This document shows, one piece after another, positions 52,850-64,000 of a DNA stretch of 64,000 nucleotides. The translations under genes and the position numbers were made by a program. A model generated the notes under the pieces. That model searched no databases, was not told the origin of the DNA, and saw nothing but the letters and a program-made list of their open reading frames with translations. The DNA is from Hormiphora californensis. Lineage: Eukaryota; Animalia; Ctenophora. Position 1 is the stretch's first letter. Each line of letters opens with the position of its first letter. The DNA lies in assembly GCA_020137815.1 (NCBI GenBank), contig CM035362.1, forward strand, positions 3,720,001-3,784,000. Direction: 5' to 3'.

Positions 52850-55800
52850 TCACGTTGCAGAAGATGCCGTATGAAGGATGTCCAGAGAGACGGTTTTTTT
52901 GTCAGTCTCTTTGTGACCCTGTGCCGCATTGTTTCGTATCGTTTCCGAGAAAAATACAACGAAAAGAGGGACTATCGCATCTGTATTCTGAAAAAGTGGA
53001 GAAAGTTAGTAACTGGGTCCATTACTTGGGGAGGGGGTTTATAACATGGGGTATAGCATGGGGTATAACAGGGGGTTTATAACTATTGACAAGAATCCTA
53101 ACTATAGCAGAAAAAGTGTTTTGACCATCTCAAATTTTATTTGCCCAATAATAAGGGTATTACATATTAGTAATTAGGTTATGAGGGCGACAATTTCACC
53201 TCCAGGAAAAACAAATTCTTGGAATTGTGGGCGTTCTTTGAATTTTATAGGGCACACGTGGGACCTTAATTATTTTCCTGACTTCTAGGAATAAAGTAAT
53301 CATTGATAAAGAGGAGCGATAAAAATATAAAGATAGAGAGAGAGAGAGAGAGAGGGGGGGGGGGCGTGCGCTAGGTAAATTTATTATCAATGATATTGAT
53401 AATTGTAGCCAAGAAATTTGTTCTAGAGAATAGTATTTGAATACTTCGACTGTCGAACTGAGATTAACTTTTATGCGGAGGGAGAGTCGAACTAGGCAAG
53501 GCGTGAAGTAAACAGACTACCAGGAACCGACCGAATCATGAAATACTGGTCCCTGATTGGCTGATAACCAGTCACGTGATCTAAATAACGAGTTCTGATT
53601 GGTTGTTTACTTGTGTCGATCGGTTCCTGCAGACTACTATAACAGTTGTGGGCTGATAAGACCTCTGTCTATAACAATCAACAGACAGATCTGTGAACTG
53701 CTTCACCCTGCTCTTTTACTTTTGTTTCGCCGTGGGGGGCGCGGTAAAATAGGGTCGAACATTGTCTAGCTAGACCCCCTAGGGAAATAATCAAGGGGGG
53801 GATCTTGGACTTACCATGGAGTCCATGTGTAGTGAGTTGGGGATTGAGGTGATCGTCCAGAATACAGCTACTGCTTTCACTATCATAAACCACCTAATGG
53901 GGGAGTTGAAATATGTTAAAACATGTTGGAACATGATTGAAAAAGTCGGGACATGTTAGAAACATGTTTGAATTAATTATTGCGTTGCCTGGCTAGACTG
54001 TGTTTCGGGCACCCCGCCCCCGAATTACAAATGTAAAGGAAGGGTTAGAACATAGCAATTATTGCGATGGAATGCCATGTTTTGCTTGGGCAAACCAATT
54101 CCTAGAAATCCGGTGCTTTGTTTTTGTTAAAGTCGTCATATAAACGGAAGGAAGGGGTGAATTTAACACGGCGTGTACCGCGTGGTCTCCAATAATAACA
54201 TTTGCACAGGATGCGGGGATGATTTCTCCGAATGTGCGGTCACAAAGCAGAAGAAGGACAGATGGTATGGATTGTTATATTCTAACCCTCCCTGCGCCCG
54301 AAGCACAGTCTAGCCGGGCAAGGAATGGATGGGCCAAATACTAAACTTTACCTTGCAAAGCGTTAGAGTTTTCAAGTTCTGACTTTGTTCCACGGTTTTA
54401 TTAAAATAGTAGCACCCTGACTCAACTATACTGCCATGTAGGACTTCTGAAAGGGAGGGGAGATGGATTGGGATAAATTCATTAGAGGAATACCATTCCG
54501 AATTGCAATTCTAGGTTTTCTCTGAATCTACCTAGTCAGGTGGCATCTGCAACTCGATTTAATACTCGATTTCACGCTCTCTCCTTCTAAAGTACCAGTG
54601 CCCAGCTCGGAGGGAGGGAAATTCAATAACTAAATTCATTAATGTTACCCCTCTAAATCTACAGAGGAATACTCACTTTTAGAGGATGTATCATGGGCGT
54701 TCTGCAACCGTGACTCAGCCCAAAACAAATCTAGTTTGACTTTTTTCCGCTGGAGATTCATTACTTGATGCTCTCTGGAGGGTGTAAAACTGTGTTAGTT
54801 CAGATTCAATAAGTTACAAATTGGAACCTCGATATACGAACATTATATAGAGACGCTCGTCAGCGCTCTTAGGAAAACGCGCGCGCTGTGGCCTGCAGTA
54901 CGCGCGAGATACCCTCCATTGGTGTCGCTGCGCCCGCCGTCTTTGTCGGACGATAGAGACACATTCGGCGAAGCAATCTGCTTACTTGGAAAAAAGCTTC
55001 CAGGAAGGCTCGTCCTGTACTCGGACGATACTGGAAATGTAGGGTCGGCGTGAGGATGGGAGATGCATGGCAACTGACTTAAACTCCTGGAATAGCAAGG
55101 GTTAGGGCGTGTGTGTCTCTAGGAAAAGTTCGCGGGTGGCCTAATTATAAGCGAGTTTTAACTGATTTCTGCCTTACCGCACATAATTCGGTAAAAAGGT
55201 TAATTCAATAATTAATACCTTACTCTCGTTAATTAAGCTCGCATATTTCAAGAAACTTTTAAATAAGAAACTTTTTTTCTAGGAAACTACAGGTGTTAGC
55301 AATCCAAAAACAAAAAGAATTTCTCCTTTATCAAGAAACTAAACAAGTTAGGGGTGTTCTATTTTGTTGTGGCGTCCCTGAATTGTGTAATTTACATTTT
55401 AAAAGTTTCTTATAAAAAAGTTTCTTACTAAAGCGTTTCTTAAAAAACGAGAGTAAGGTAATCTGCATACCTCTGATGAAGGAGAAAGGGTGTGGGTGGG
55501 AGAATTTGTCCATGTTTTCGGAATTTCAGCAGATTCTGTACAGTAGGACAAATGGGACGTCTTTGGAACTGAGCTTTTTATCGTTTGCTGCACCCTTGAA
55601 TCCCTTTCCTGTGGAATTAAGTTTGTTTGAAATGAGACGATATATATTGAATACTCTATTTCTCTCTTCTTACCCTCATCTATTAAACTGCAGTACGTGA
55701 CGGTACGTGACTACCACAGTAGTACTAAACTGCAGTACGTGACGGTACGTGACTACCACAGTACACTGTTATGTACACTGTAAATGTTTCGATTTGGAAA

Positions 55801-57939
55801 TTTTTGATTTCCTTATAGCTGATGTGTTGCTTTTTGCAGTACAAAAAAAAAAACATAGGGGATTTCCGTGCAACTATTAAACTCTTTTCTTCATCTCTCT
55901 ATTCCGGTAGGCCTAATGAGACATCCTCATGGGCCCTTGTGCTGTGGGCCCTTGTGCTGTGGGCCCAAAAAATTTGTGGGGAAAATTAAAAAGAGATAAA
56001 GGGGAGAGAGAGAGGGGGGAGAAGGGGAGAGGAGAGAAGGAAAGGGGGACGGGGGGAAAGAGAAAAGAGAGAGAGAGAGAGAGAAAGAAGAGAAAAAAAA
56101 AAAAAAAAAAATAGCAGGGCCACAGAACTTTGGAAATGAAACCCCCCTCTGCGCTAGCTTGCAAAAAGGGGGTAAATTCGTAACCAACACAGACATGACC
56201 AGGGGGTAATCTTTGTGGCCCTGTTATTCTTCACTTTTTCTCTCTAGCCTCTCCTCTTTCTCTTCTCCCCCTCTTCTCTTCCTCTTTTCCCTCTCTCCCT
56301 TCCCCTCTCTCTCTCCCCCACACTCATTGACCACGGGATTTTTCTACATGATTAGAGGCGATATACCAGGGACGCATACAATAAACGATGAATTTTCAGA
56401 AAGGGGGTGGCCATAGAAAATGAAACAAAATAATATCCAAAAGTTTAGGAAAGAATCTTAAGAGCAACATTCTAAATTTTCTAAGAACCCCAAAACTTAT
56501 CCCTTGAAGCTTGGCATTTTTAGGCTATTTTATGTCATTAATGTATTTTAAAAAACCCCTTTTGCTTCCAAGATAAATTTTTTTTCGAGATATGCACAAG
56601 TAAAATGAATTGGTGGGGAAAACCTCCCCCCCTCTCTTCCCCCTCCCCTCTCCTCCTCTCTCTCCCGGCCCCACTACCGCCCCACCCCCACAGGGGCCAA
56701 AAGGGCCCCGGCAGAGCGGGGTTAACCCCCCCGACCCCGGACCTTTTGGATCTGAGGGACCGGAGGCCTGCGGGAAAAGGTTGGTAGAAAAAGTACAAAA
56801 GGGTAATTAAAAACCCATGTACCAGTCCCCCCTTGGATCGAAGACACCTCACACTCTGGTGCGCGCACTGGAGGGGGGAACTTGGTAACCAGTCTCCCCC
56901 CCTCTTATCCCCTTCCTTTGGGGTTTTGGTTTTCTGAACGCCATGATGACCTTTGGGGGATTTTACGGTCGATACACCACGTCAACAAGTTTATTGGTCA
57001 ACAGATCAATGTACCAGGGTGTCCCAAAATTATCGACCACGTGAGCGGTTTTATCAAATAGGGATCCCTCCTGGAAATATGTGTGTGTTAAAGTTATTCA
57101 AGTAGACAATGTCTGGTGTTGATTTAAATCGGCTCAAGATCATGTGTATTTTGTTATGTTCTAACTCTCCTTCACACCGGGGATGCGGTGTGAGAGAGCA
57201 TCGAGCAAACGCTTGTTTAAGGATTGGTGGATAGAACGAGGCAAAATGGAAAAAAAAATAAGAATAAAGAAATAAAAAACAAAAATTTAGTTTAATTTAA
57301 GAAAATAAAAAAACTTAAAAAAGTAAAGTAAAAGGTAAAGTAAAAAACTAAATAGTAAAAAGTAGAAAAAAAAAAAATAAAAACAAAATAACAAACAAAA
57401 CAAATAAAAATATAAAACAAAAAATAAAATCAAAAAACAACAAATAAAAAAATACTTATTTCAGAAAAATTTTTTTTGAGCTAAAATTTTTTGTAGCATT
57501 AACTGTTTTTTTGAGCTAGAACTTTTTTATGTTGGGTCCCGTAAGTCGTGGTTATTTCTAATAGGTCAACACAGGCCAACTATTAAGGAGGACCGTGTTC
57601 GGTAAACATTTTAGATCTCTGAAGTTAAACAACCGCTAGGTCGGCGTTATACTTATGTGCGTGGGGTGACCAAACAAAAATATCTCTCTCTCCTCGTTTG
57701 AAAAAAAAAGACATTAGATATTTTCCGTCCGTCATCTCTCTCTCTCTCTCTCTCCTCTCCTCTCTCTCTCTCATCTCTACTCTCTCTCTCTCGCTCTCTC
57801 TCCTCTCTCTCTCTCTCTCTCTCATATCTATATATCTCTCTCACTCGTCTCTACCTCTACACACACACCACTACACATCTCTCTCTCTCTCTCTACTCTC
57901 TATCTCTCTCTCTCCTCTGTCTCTCTCTCTCTCTCTCTC

Positions 57940-57970
<31 letters not shown>

Positions 57971-58135
57971 CTCTCATCTCTCCTCACACACACCACACAG
58001 CATACACCACACACACTCTCTGTCTCTGTCTATCTGTATCTGTGTCATCCTGGTTCTCTCTATCTGTCATCTTAGATCTGTCTCTGTTCTCTAGTCTTCT
58101 CGTCGTTCTTTTCTATCTCTGTCCCACTATCTGTC

Positions 58136-58174
<39 letters not shown>

Positions 58175-58221
58175 TCTCTCCTCTCTCTCTCTCTCTCTCT
58201 CTTTCTCACACACATTGGCTT

Positions 58222-58299
<78 letters not shown>

Positions 58300-58438
58300 T
58301 AAGTGAGAGTGAGAGTGAGAGAGAGTAAGTGAGAGAGAATGAGAGAGAGTGAGAGTGAGAGTGTGTGTGAGAGAGAGAGAGTGAGAGAGAGAGAGAGTGA
58401 GCGTGAGAGTGAGAGTGAGAGTTTGTGTGAGAGAGAGA

Positions 58439-58486
<48 letters not shown>

Positions 58487-59298
58487 TATGTTGTTTGGTC
58501 ACCCACCCAAGTAGTAACCCGACCAGCGGTTGTTTAACTTCAGAGATCAAAATGTTACAGAACGGTCCTCCTAATTTTGGCCGTTTGGCCGATTTATACC
58601 ACGACCGGGACCCAAATAAAAAAGTTTAGCTCAAAAAAAGTTTAGCTCAAAAAAATTTTAGCTCAAAAAAAAGTTTTTCTGAAAAAAGTTTTTTCTATTT
58701 TTGTTTTTTGATTTTATTTTTTGTTTTATTTTTATTTTTTTGTTTTTATTTTTGTTTTTATTTTTATTTTTTCTAACTTTTTACTACTTAGTTTTTTACT
58801 TTACTTTTACTTTTACTTTTTAGTTTTTTATTTCTTAAATTAAACTAAATTTTGTTTTTATTTCTGTTATTCCTTATTTTTTCATTTGGCCGATTTATAC
58901 CACCATACTAGGGTGAACTTATCAGTAGTGTTATGCCGTGCACTTCTTATTTTGTACCTGGCACGAAACATGATAAGAACTAAGTAAATGTTGAAAGAAA
59001 GCTTTCCCGTGTTCAAATCCTTTCCACTCTCGCTGATCAAAGTACTCCCAAACAGTGTACACGCACTTCTCCTGGAAAGAAATAAAATAAAAAATAATAT
59101 AAAATATATCGAAATGGATTGTATACAGTCATTATATCGCTGACAATGCCATATCACTAGGCTTACGTTTGATTTCTGTTGTTTGACAAGGGGGTGAAGG
59201 GTGCGTTGGGTACATCTTCCACACAGGCCATATACTGTTCTCATTCGTAGAGATTGGCTGATCACCCCATATTGGCAGGGAACCTCCAACGTCATTGT
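52850..59298 (-). CDS. WWE-domain + degenerate PARP (ADP-ribosyltransferase-fold) protein, PARP12/PARP13(ZAP)-like; 5' exons unresolved, may extend towards the window end
   Basis: Phase-consistent GT-AG exons: 59167-59298, 58958-59071 (EKCVYTVWEYFDQREWKGF), exon starting at 57070 (EGSLFDKTAHVVDNFGTPWYIDLLTNKLVD, the WWE C-half, then garbled), 55471-55608 (..HTLSPSSE), 54986-55086 (EFKSVAMHL..ISSIVRVQDEPSWKLFS), 54677-54789 (..VKLDLFWAESR), 54352-54446 (SGCYYFNKTVEQSQNLKTLTLCK), 53815-53893 (VVYD..SCILDDHLNP), 52850-52987 (NTDAIVPLFVVFFSE). Joining the last two exons needs one indel in a C4 run. Motif order matches the PARP catalytic fold. Confidence 0.6.
53521..53629. mobile_element. 109-bp hAT-type MITE copy
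   Basis: CAGGAACCGACC...TCGGTTCCTG with 8-bp TSD CAGACTAC. Confidence 0.85.
57240..58890. repeat. Large imperfect inverted repeat centred on a CT-to-GA microsatellite switch (~58210)
   Basis: 57240-57680 is an indel-rich reverse complement of 58485-58890. Confidence 0.75.
58495..58589 (-). ncRNA. Divergent 5S-rRNA-derived sequence (pseudogene or SINE3-like head)
   Basis: Minus strand GCCAAACGGCCA...GATCTCTGAAGTTAAACAACCGCTGGTCGGGTTACTACTTGGGTGGGTGACC aligns by eye to 5S GCCTACGGCCA...GATCTCGGAAGCTAAGCAGGGTCGGGCCTGGTTAGTACTTGGATGGGAGACC (A and C boxes, same spacing). The 3' end is replaced by a CT microsatellite. Noisy inverted copy at ~57575-57672. Confidence 0.6.
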
Positions 59299-60740
59299 CT
59301 GGAGTGGGAGGAAGGTTGGAATGAGGGAGGGAGGTTGGTGGAGGGAGGGAGGTTGTAGAAGGGAGGGAAATTGGGGTAGTGAGGTTAATTGAAGGTTGTT
59401 GAGAGAGGGAGTGAGGTTTTTGGGGAGGGTTGTTGTAGAAGAAGGCAGGGAGGGATGTTGTCTGAAGGGAGGGAGGTATTGTTGGGAGACGTTCCTTGTT
59501 GAAACTTATGACCAAATAGGCATGATTGTCTAAACTCCAAGGCACCCAGCTAGGGCTATTATTCAAAATTTAAAAAAGAAGCTTTAATTCCCGTTTAGAT
59601 AATTTATGGTGAAGGGACTTGGTGAACATGGGAGAAATTCCAAATGGTCGTCAAGGTGTAAGATAATAAAATCACGTGAAATGTGAATACACAACCATCA
59701 TGTGACCGTGTTCTAAGTTGTTTCTTGAGTATGGCGAGACGGAGCTAGCTACCTTGTTTAGAAGATGACACATTTATGAGAAACCGCTCATACACCGCAT
59801 ATATATGGGCAGTGCAGCTATGATTGTAGTGAGATAGATATGGGAAGGAGAGGGGAGTGAGCGAGCCAGACTCCAGAGAGGGGAGAGAGGGAGATGGGAG
59901 AGAAAAGGGGAGAGGGAATGAGAAGGTGGGAGAGGGAGAGATGGAGAAAGGGAGATAGAAAGAGAGAGAGGGAGAGAGAGAGAAAGGGAGAGAGAAAGAG
60001 ATAGAGAGAGGGAGAGATAGAGAAAGAAAGAGAGAGAAAGAAAGGGAGAGAGTGTGAGCAACAGACAGGGGAGGGTTGAGAGACGTAAGTCAAAGAGAAC
60101 CTTAGTGTTCAAGATCTAGCGGGCCAATCAGAGTCCAGAGAAAAATAAAGATTGACGCTTTGTTCTCTGAGACACCATTCTCCGAATGGTTTAATCGTTT
60201 CCCGGAATGAGCTTCACAAAGGGCGGTGGGGGGGGGGGGGGCGGTGAGGGGGGTCGCGGACAAGGGATCATTATCATATATTATGTAGGTAGGGGCCTCC
60301 GCAGAAGAAATGAATCTCAATGTAACCAAGTCCTTTTAATGATAATGCTATTTCCAGTAAAATACTGACAAATTATCAGTAATTCATCAAATACATGATA
60401 TATCACTCATGTTATTTAAGTGGGGTTAAATTTATTATTTATCAAAGCTGGGTAACCAGGTCGCCGCGACCTGCCCTCCATACATGGCTTTACAGTAAAC
60501 TGCAGAACTTTCAAGTTGTATATTATCATTTTCTCTCTTTCTCTGGCTAATATAATGACTATCTTTGACTCAGGTCCTTCTGTGGAAACTTCTTCAGATC
60601 TTTCTATCACGCAGAAAGAGAGAGATTGTAAGAAAGTGAGATAGTCTCTCTTTCGTGGAATATAGTGCGAATATCCCGTGTAGTTCTAAGAAAGAAGCAC
60701 TGACCGTTCTTAGGAGGGATGGCAGCGAGAGGGAGAGAGA

Positions 60741-60833
<93 letters not shown>

Positions 60834-60845
60834 AGAGAGAGGGGA

Positions 60846-60897
<52 letters not shown>

Positions 60898-63234
60898 CAA
60901 AAAACAGAGATAGTGATAAAGAATATAAGAAGAAGTCAGTCATTATGGAGTCACTTTTCTCTACAGAATCGCTTTTTCTCCAGAATCTCTACCAGACATG
61001 TATCATGCTTATGCCCTTCTTATTCTTTTGAATCACTCTTAAAGATACGAGCAGTTCCATAATTCGAGGAATTCAGTTTTAACAATCTAGTAGTCATAGA
61101 GATAGCTACTGCAAATAAACTAAGCAGTTAGATAGATACGAGAATGAAGTACAGTCGGACCCCGATTTACCGGGTTGCTCGGGGGAAAGGGTTTTGCCCG
61201 GTAAATCGGGGTGCCCGGTATATCGGGGTCAAATACTGTTAATTTCCTATTTCGGGGGAAGATTATCCCCCGAAATTTTTTAAGGGGGTTTTTTTTTAGG
61301 GGGTTCCGGCCCGGGACCTCCCCATACTGTTTAAAGGGGCCCGGAAAAATTTTTTTTTAAAATTTTCTTTTTTTGGCTTTTAAAGAAAAAAATTTTATCA
61401 TTTCTAAAACTTTTCAATCTTTTTTGGGAAAAAAATTTTTAAAAGGGGTACCCCCTTAAAAAATGGTTCCCGTTTTAAAAAAAAGGCACGATTTTTTTTC
61501 CGGGGGGGGGGGAAGGGGGGGAAAAGTTTTTAAGGAGAAGGAAGAAAGAAAGGAGAAGGGAAAGGGGGAAAAAAAAGGGTTTAAAAAAGGAGAGGGGAAG
61601 AGCAGGGGGAGAGGAAAAGGGGGAAAAAAAAGAGAAGGAAAAATATAAAAAAAAATTTATGGAGTTTTTTTTAAAATTTTTTAGACCCAAATGTATATGA
61701 AAAATTTTTTTTTTTTAAACCCCTTTAAAAAAAAGGGGAAAAAAAATTTGGGAACCCCTTTTTTTTTCCAAAAATGCCTAAAATCTGTTTTAGATCAAAG
61801 ACTACCTCGGCCCCTTTCCCGGGGCCCCCTTTTTTTTTTTTTTTTTTTTCCCGGGAAAAAATTCCCCGGTTTCGGCCCCCACTTTAATTTTTTTTTTGGG
61901 GAAGTTTACCTGGTAAATCGGGGTTGGAAAGGGGGGAAAAGGGGGTGATGTATTCTGAAAATTTTAGAAGAACTTTTCCTTTTTCCCTAAAAAATATGAG
62001 TTTGGGGGTACTGTTTTCTTGGGGGTTTCAAAGGAAAACGGGGGTGGGGGAATTTCCAATACCCGAACCGGGGTTTTTTTTATTTCCCAAAAAGGGGCCC
62101 CGGCGGAAAGGGGGGAAAGGGAATCAAAAAACAATTCAAAATTTTAAAAGCGAAAAAAGGAAGAGAATAAAAAAAACCAATATCCGGTGTCCTAATGTAT
62201 TATGTATCCAATTGCAAAAAACCAATTTTTGGGAACCCGTAAATTCTTTTTAGTTCCGGGAAAATATTTTTAGATATTAGAAAAGTAAAAATTCTAAATA
62301 ACATCAAAGTTAGACGTACACCACGCCCAGCAAGGAGGTTTGAACATAACAAATCTAGATCAGGTTTAAGGTTGGGGAAATGTTCTAACGGGAGATAGAG
62401 AAAAGAGAGAGAGAGAGAGAGAAGAGAGAGGAGGGAAGAAGAGAGAGGGGGAAAGGGGAAAGGGAAAAAGAGTGGAAGGGAGAGGAAGGGGAGAAGAGAT
62501 GAAGAAAGAAGGTTTTCCCAAACCCCTGGTTTTAAATAAAAACCTCGGAAGAGAGATGTGGATTCTGTTTGGGGGCTGAAACTAAAAAATATGGGTTTTC
62601 TCCCGGGGGATGCTGTTCCCAGTTTTTTGAGGGGGGCCCCTAGTATTCCCATATTTAAATTTTGGGGAAACCTTGACCTGAGGGGGAGAAAAGGGGGGTG
62701 GTAGGGACGGTTCATCACCCTATACAGCTACCCCTGAGGGGGGAAAAGGGGGGTGGTTTTTTTCATTATTATCTTTTTGGTAACGAAATTACCCTCTGTA
62801 CATAGGGGATTGCAATATAAAATCTTTTTTTCGTGCCGCAAAGTAGGGGGAAATTTTTACCAAATATCAGTCAACCCTGCATATACCGATAGTCCCCATA
62901 TAAAACTGGAACCCCATTATATACAAATAATTATTTTCCACCGATAAATTATCGGGGAAAACCCTTTTTCCAACCCACATCCCGTTAAATCGGTCGACTG
63001 CAGTATGCACTCTCTTTCTAGGTTTTTCTAAAAAATGTACATTCCCCCTGTCTACATTGGACTTTTCCCTTTTCTATTATTAAGTACCAAATACAAAACG
63101 CACTGTACTGTACTGTGTGTTCTGTCGTCCAGTACAGAGTTACAATTCACTAAAAAACACACTTTGTTCCCCCGGGGCTTCTCAACGGCAGTGTGTTGTA
63201 ACTTATCGCCAACCGTTAAAAAGAATGGAGAGAG

Positions 63235-63281
<47 letters not shown>

Positions 63282-63548
63282 TACTAGGATGTGACTTATA
63301 AATCACAGTTTGTAAGAGAGAGATAAAAGAAAACAGCAAAATGTCACGGCCATCGAATTCACTCAAAACCCCGATAAAATTTTAATTTTATTAAACTTAC
63401 GTGCATATATTGGTATTGTAAGCTTCGTCTGGAGTCCTAGGGTATAAATAGTGTGGGCCTTCAAGAACGCTTTGAGACAGCAAAACCTGTGGATACGGTT
63501 AGGATTAATCAGGTGAAAGGCAGGAAACATTCATTGCAGGATCGTTTA

Positions 63549-63657
63549 CAGGAACCGACCGAATCAGGAAATAATGGTTCCTGATTGGCTGATAACCAGT
63601 CACGTGACCTAAATAACGAGTTCTGATTGGTTGTTTACTTGTTTCGGTCGGTTCCTG
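63549..63657. mobile_element. 109-bp hAT-type MITE copy
   Basis: Same TIRs; flanks ATCGTTTA / GTCGTTTA. Confidence 0.82.
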
Positions 63658-64000
63658 GTCGTTTATATACTATACAGTCGGACCCCGATTTACATGGATG
63701 CTCGGGAGAAACGGTCCGGTAAATCAGGGTCCAACGACTTTAGAATTGTGAGATAGATAAAAAGGATAAAATGCGGGAGAAAAATAATGTTGCAATTTGA
63801 CCATAAAAAAGAGGAGGGGTTCTTCGAATATGGGCCTACATAAACTCTCTTAATTCAGAGAATACGAAGCAGAGAACTCATCGTTATGGGGTTATACTGC
63901 CCAGAGGAGCTGAAGAAAGAAAGAGAGGGGAGATAGAAAGAGAGGGGAGATGGAAAGAGAGGGGAGATAGAAAGAGAGGGGAAATGGAAAGAGAGGGGAG

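Noticed and set aside
53200-53284. Possible extra exon of the PARP-like gene (EVRKIIKVPRVPYKIQR...) leading to a terminal exon at 52774-52810
   Set aside because: Phase-compatible as sequenced, but it would lose the conserved terminal PARP strand. A 1-nt error in the preceding exon is more parsimonious; unresolved without cDNA.
54352-54789. Resemblance to an ADAM metalloprotease prodomain (CYY...LTLC)
   Set aside because: Neighbouring exons fit the WWE-PARP motif order much better, and no HExxH metalloprotease exon is visible.

Overview
Eukaryotic, intron-rich and repeat-dense genomic DNA from an early-branching marine metazoan, most likely a ctenophore (inferred from the family of the domain/sushi gene, from recall only). 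Several stretches look like error-prone long-read sequence. By hand-splicing on GT-AG boundaries with consistent reading phase I can reconstruct four genes: (1) a 26-exon LRP/LDL-receptor-related protein (+, 7730-29474); (2) a divergent 9-exon actin (-, 31271-36791); (3) a secreted modular protein with six hypervariable ~140-aa beta-rich domains alternating with sushi/CCP domains, all on symmetric phase-1 exons (-, ~38156-45911); and (4) a WWE + degenerate PARP-domain gene with a ZAP/PARP13-like inactivated catalytic motif (-, ~52850-59298, 5' end unresolved). Mobile DNA includes a fold-back piggyBac, a young 5'-truncated RNase H-bearing LINE, at least five MITE families (some nested three deep) and a tiny TTG...CAA element family with 8-9 bp TSDs. 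The most striking pattern is that many introns of the LRP and actin genes contain tandem copies of their own splice junction (branch point/polypyrimidine/AG plus the first codons of the exon). These copies differ from the real exon almost only at synonymous positions, as if they had been under coding selection. Three consecutive LRP introns are also homologous to one another.
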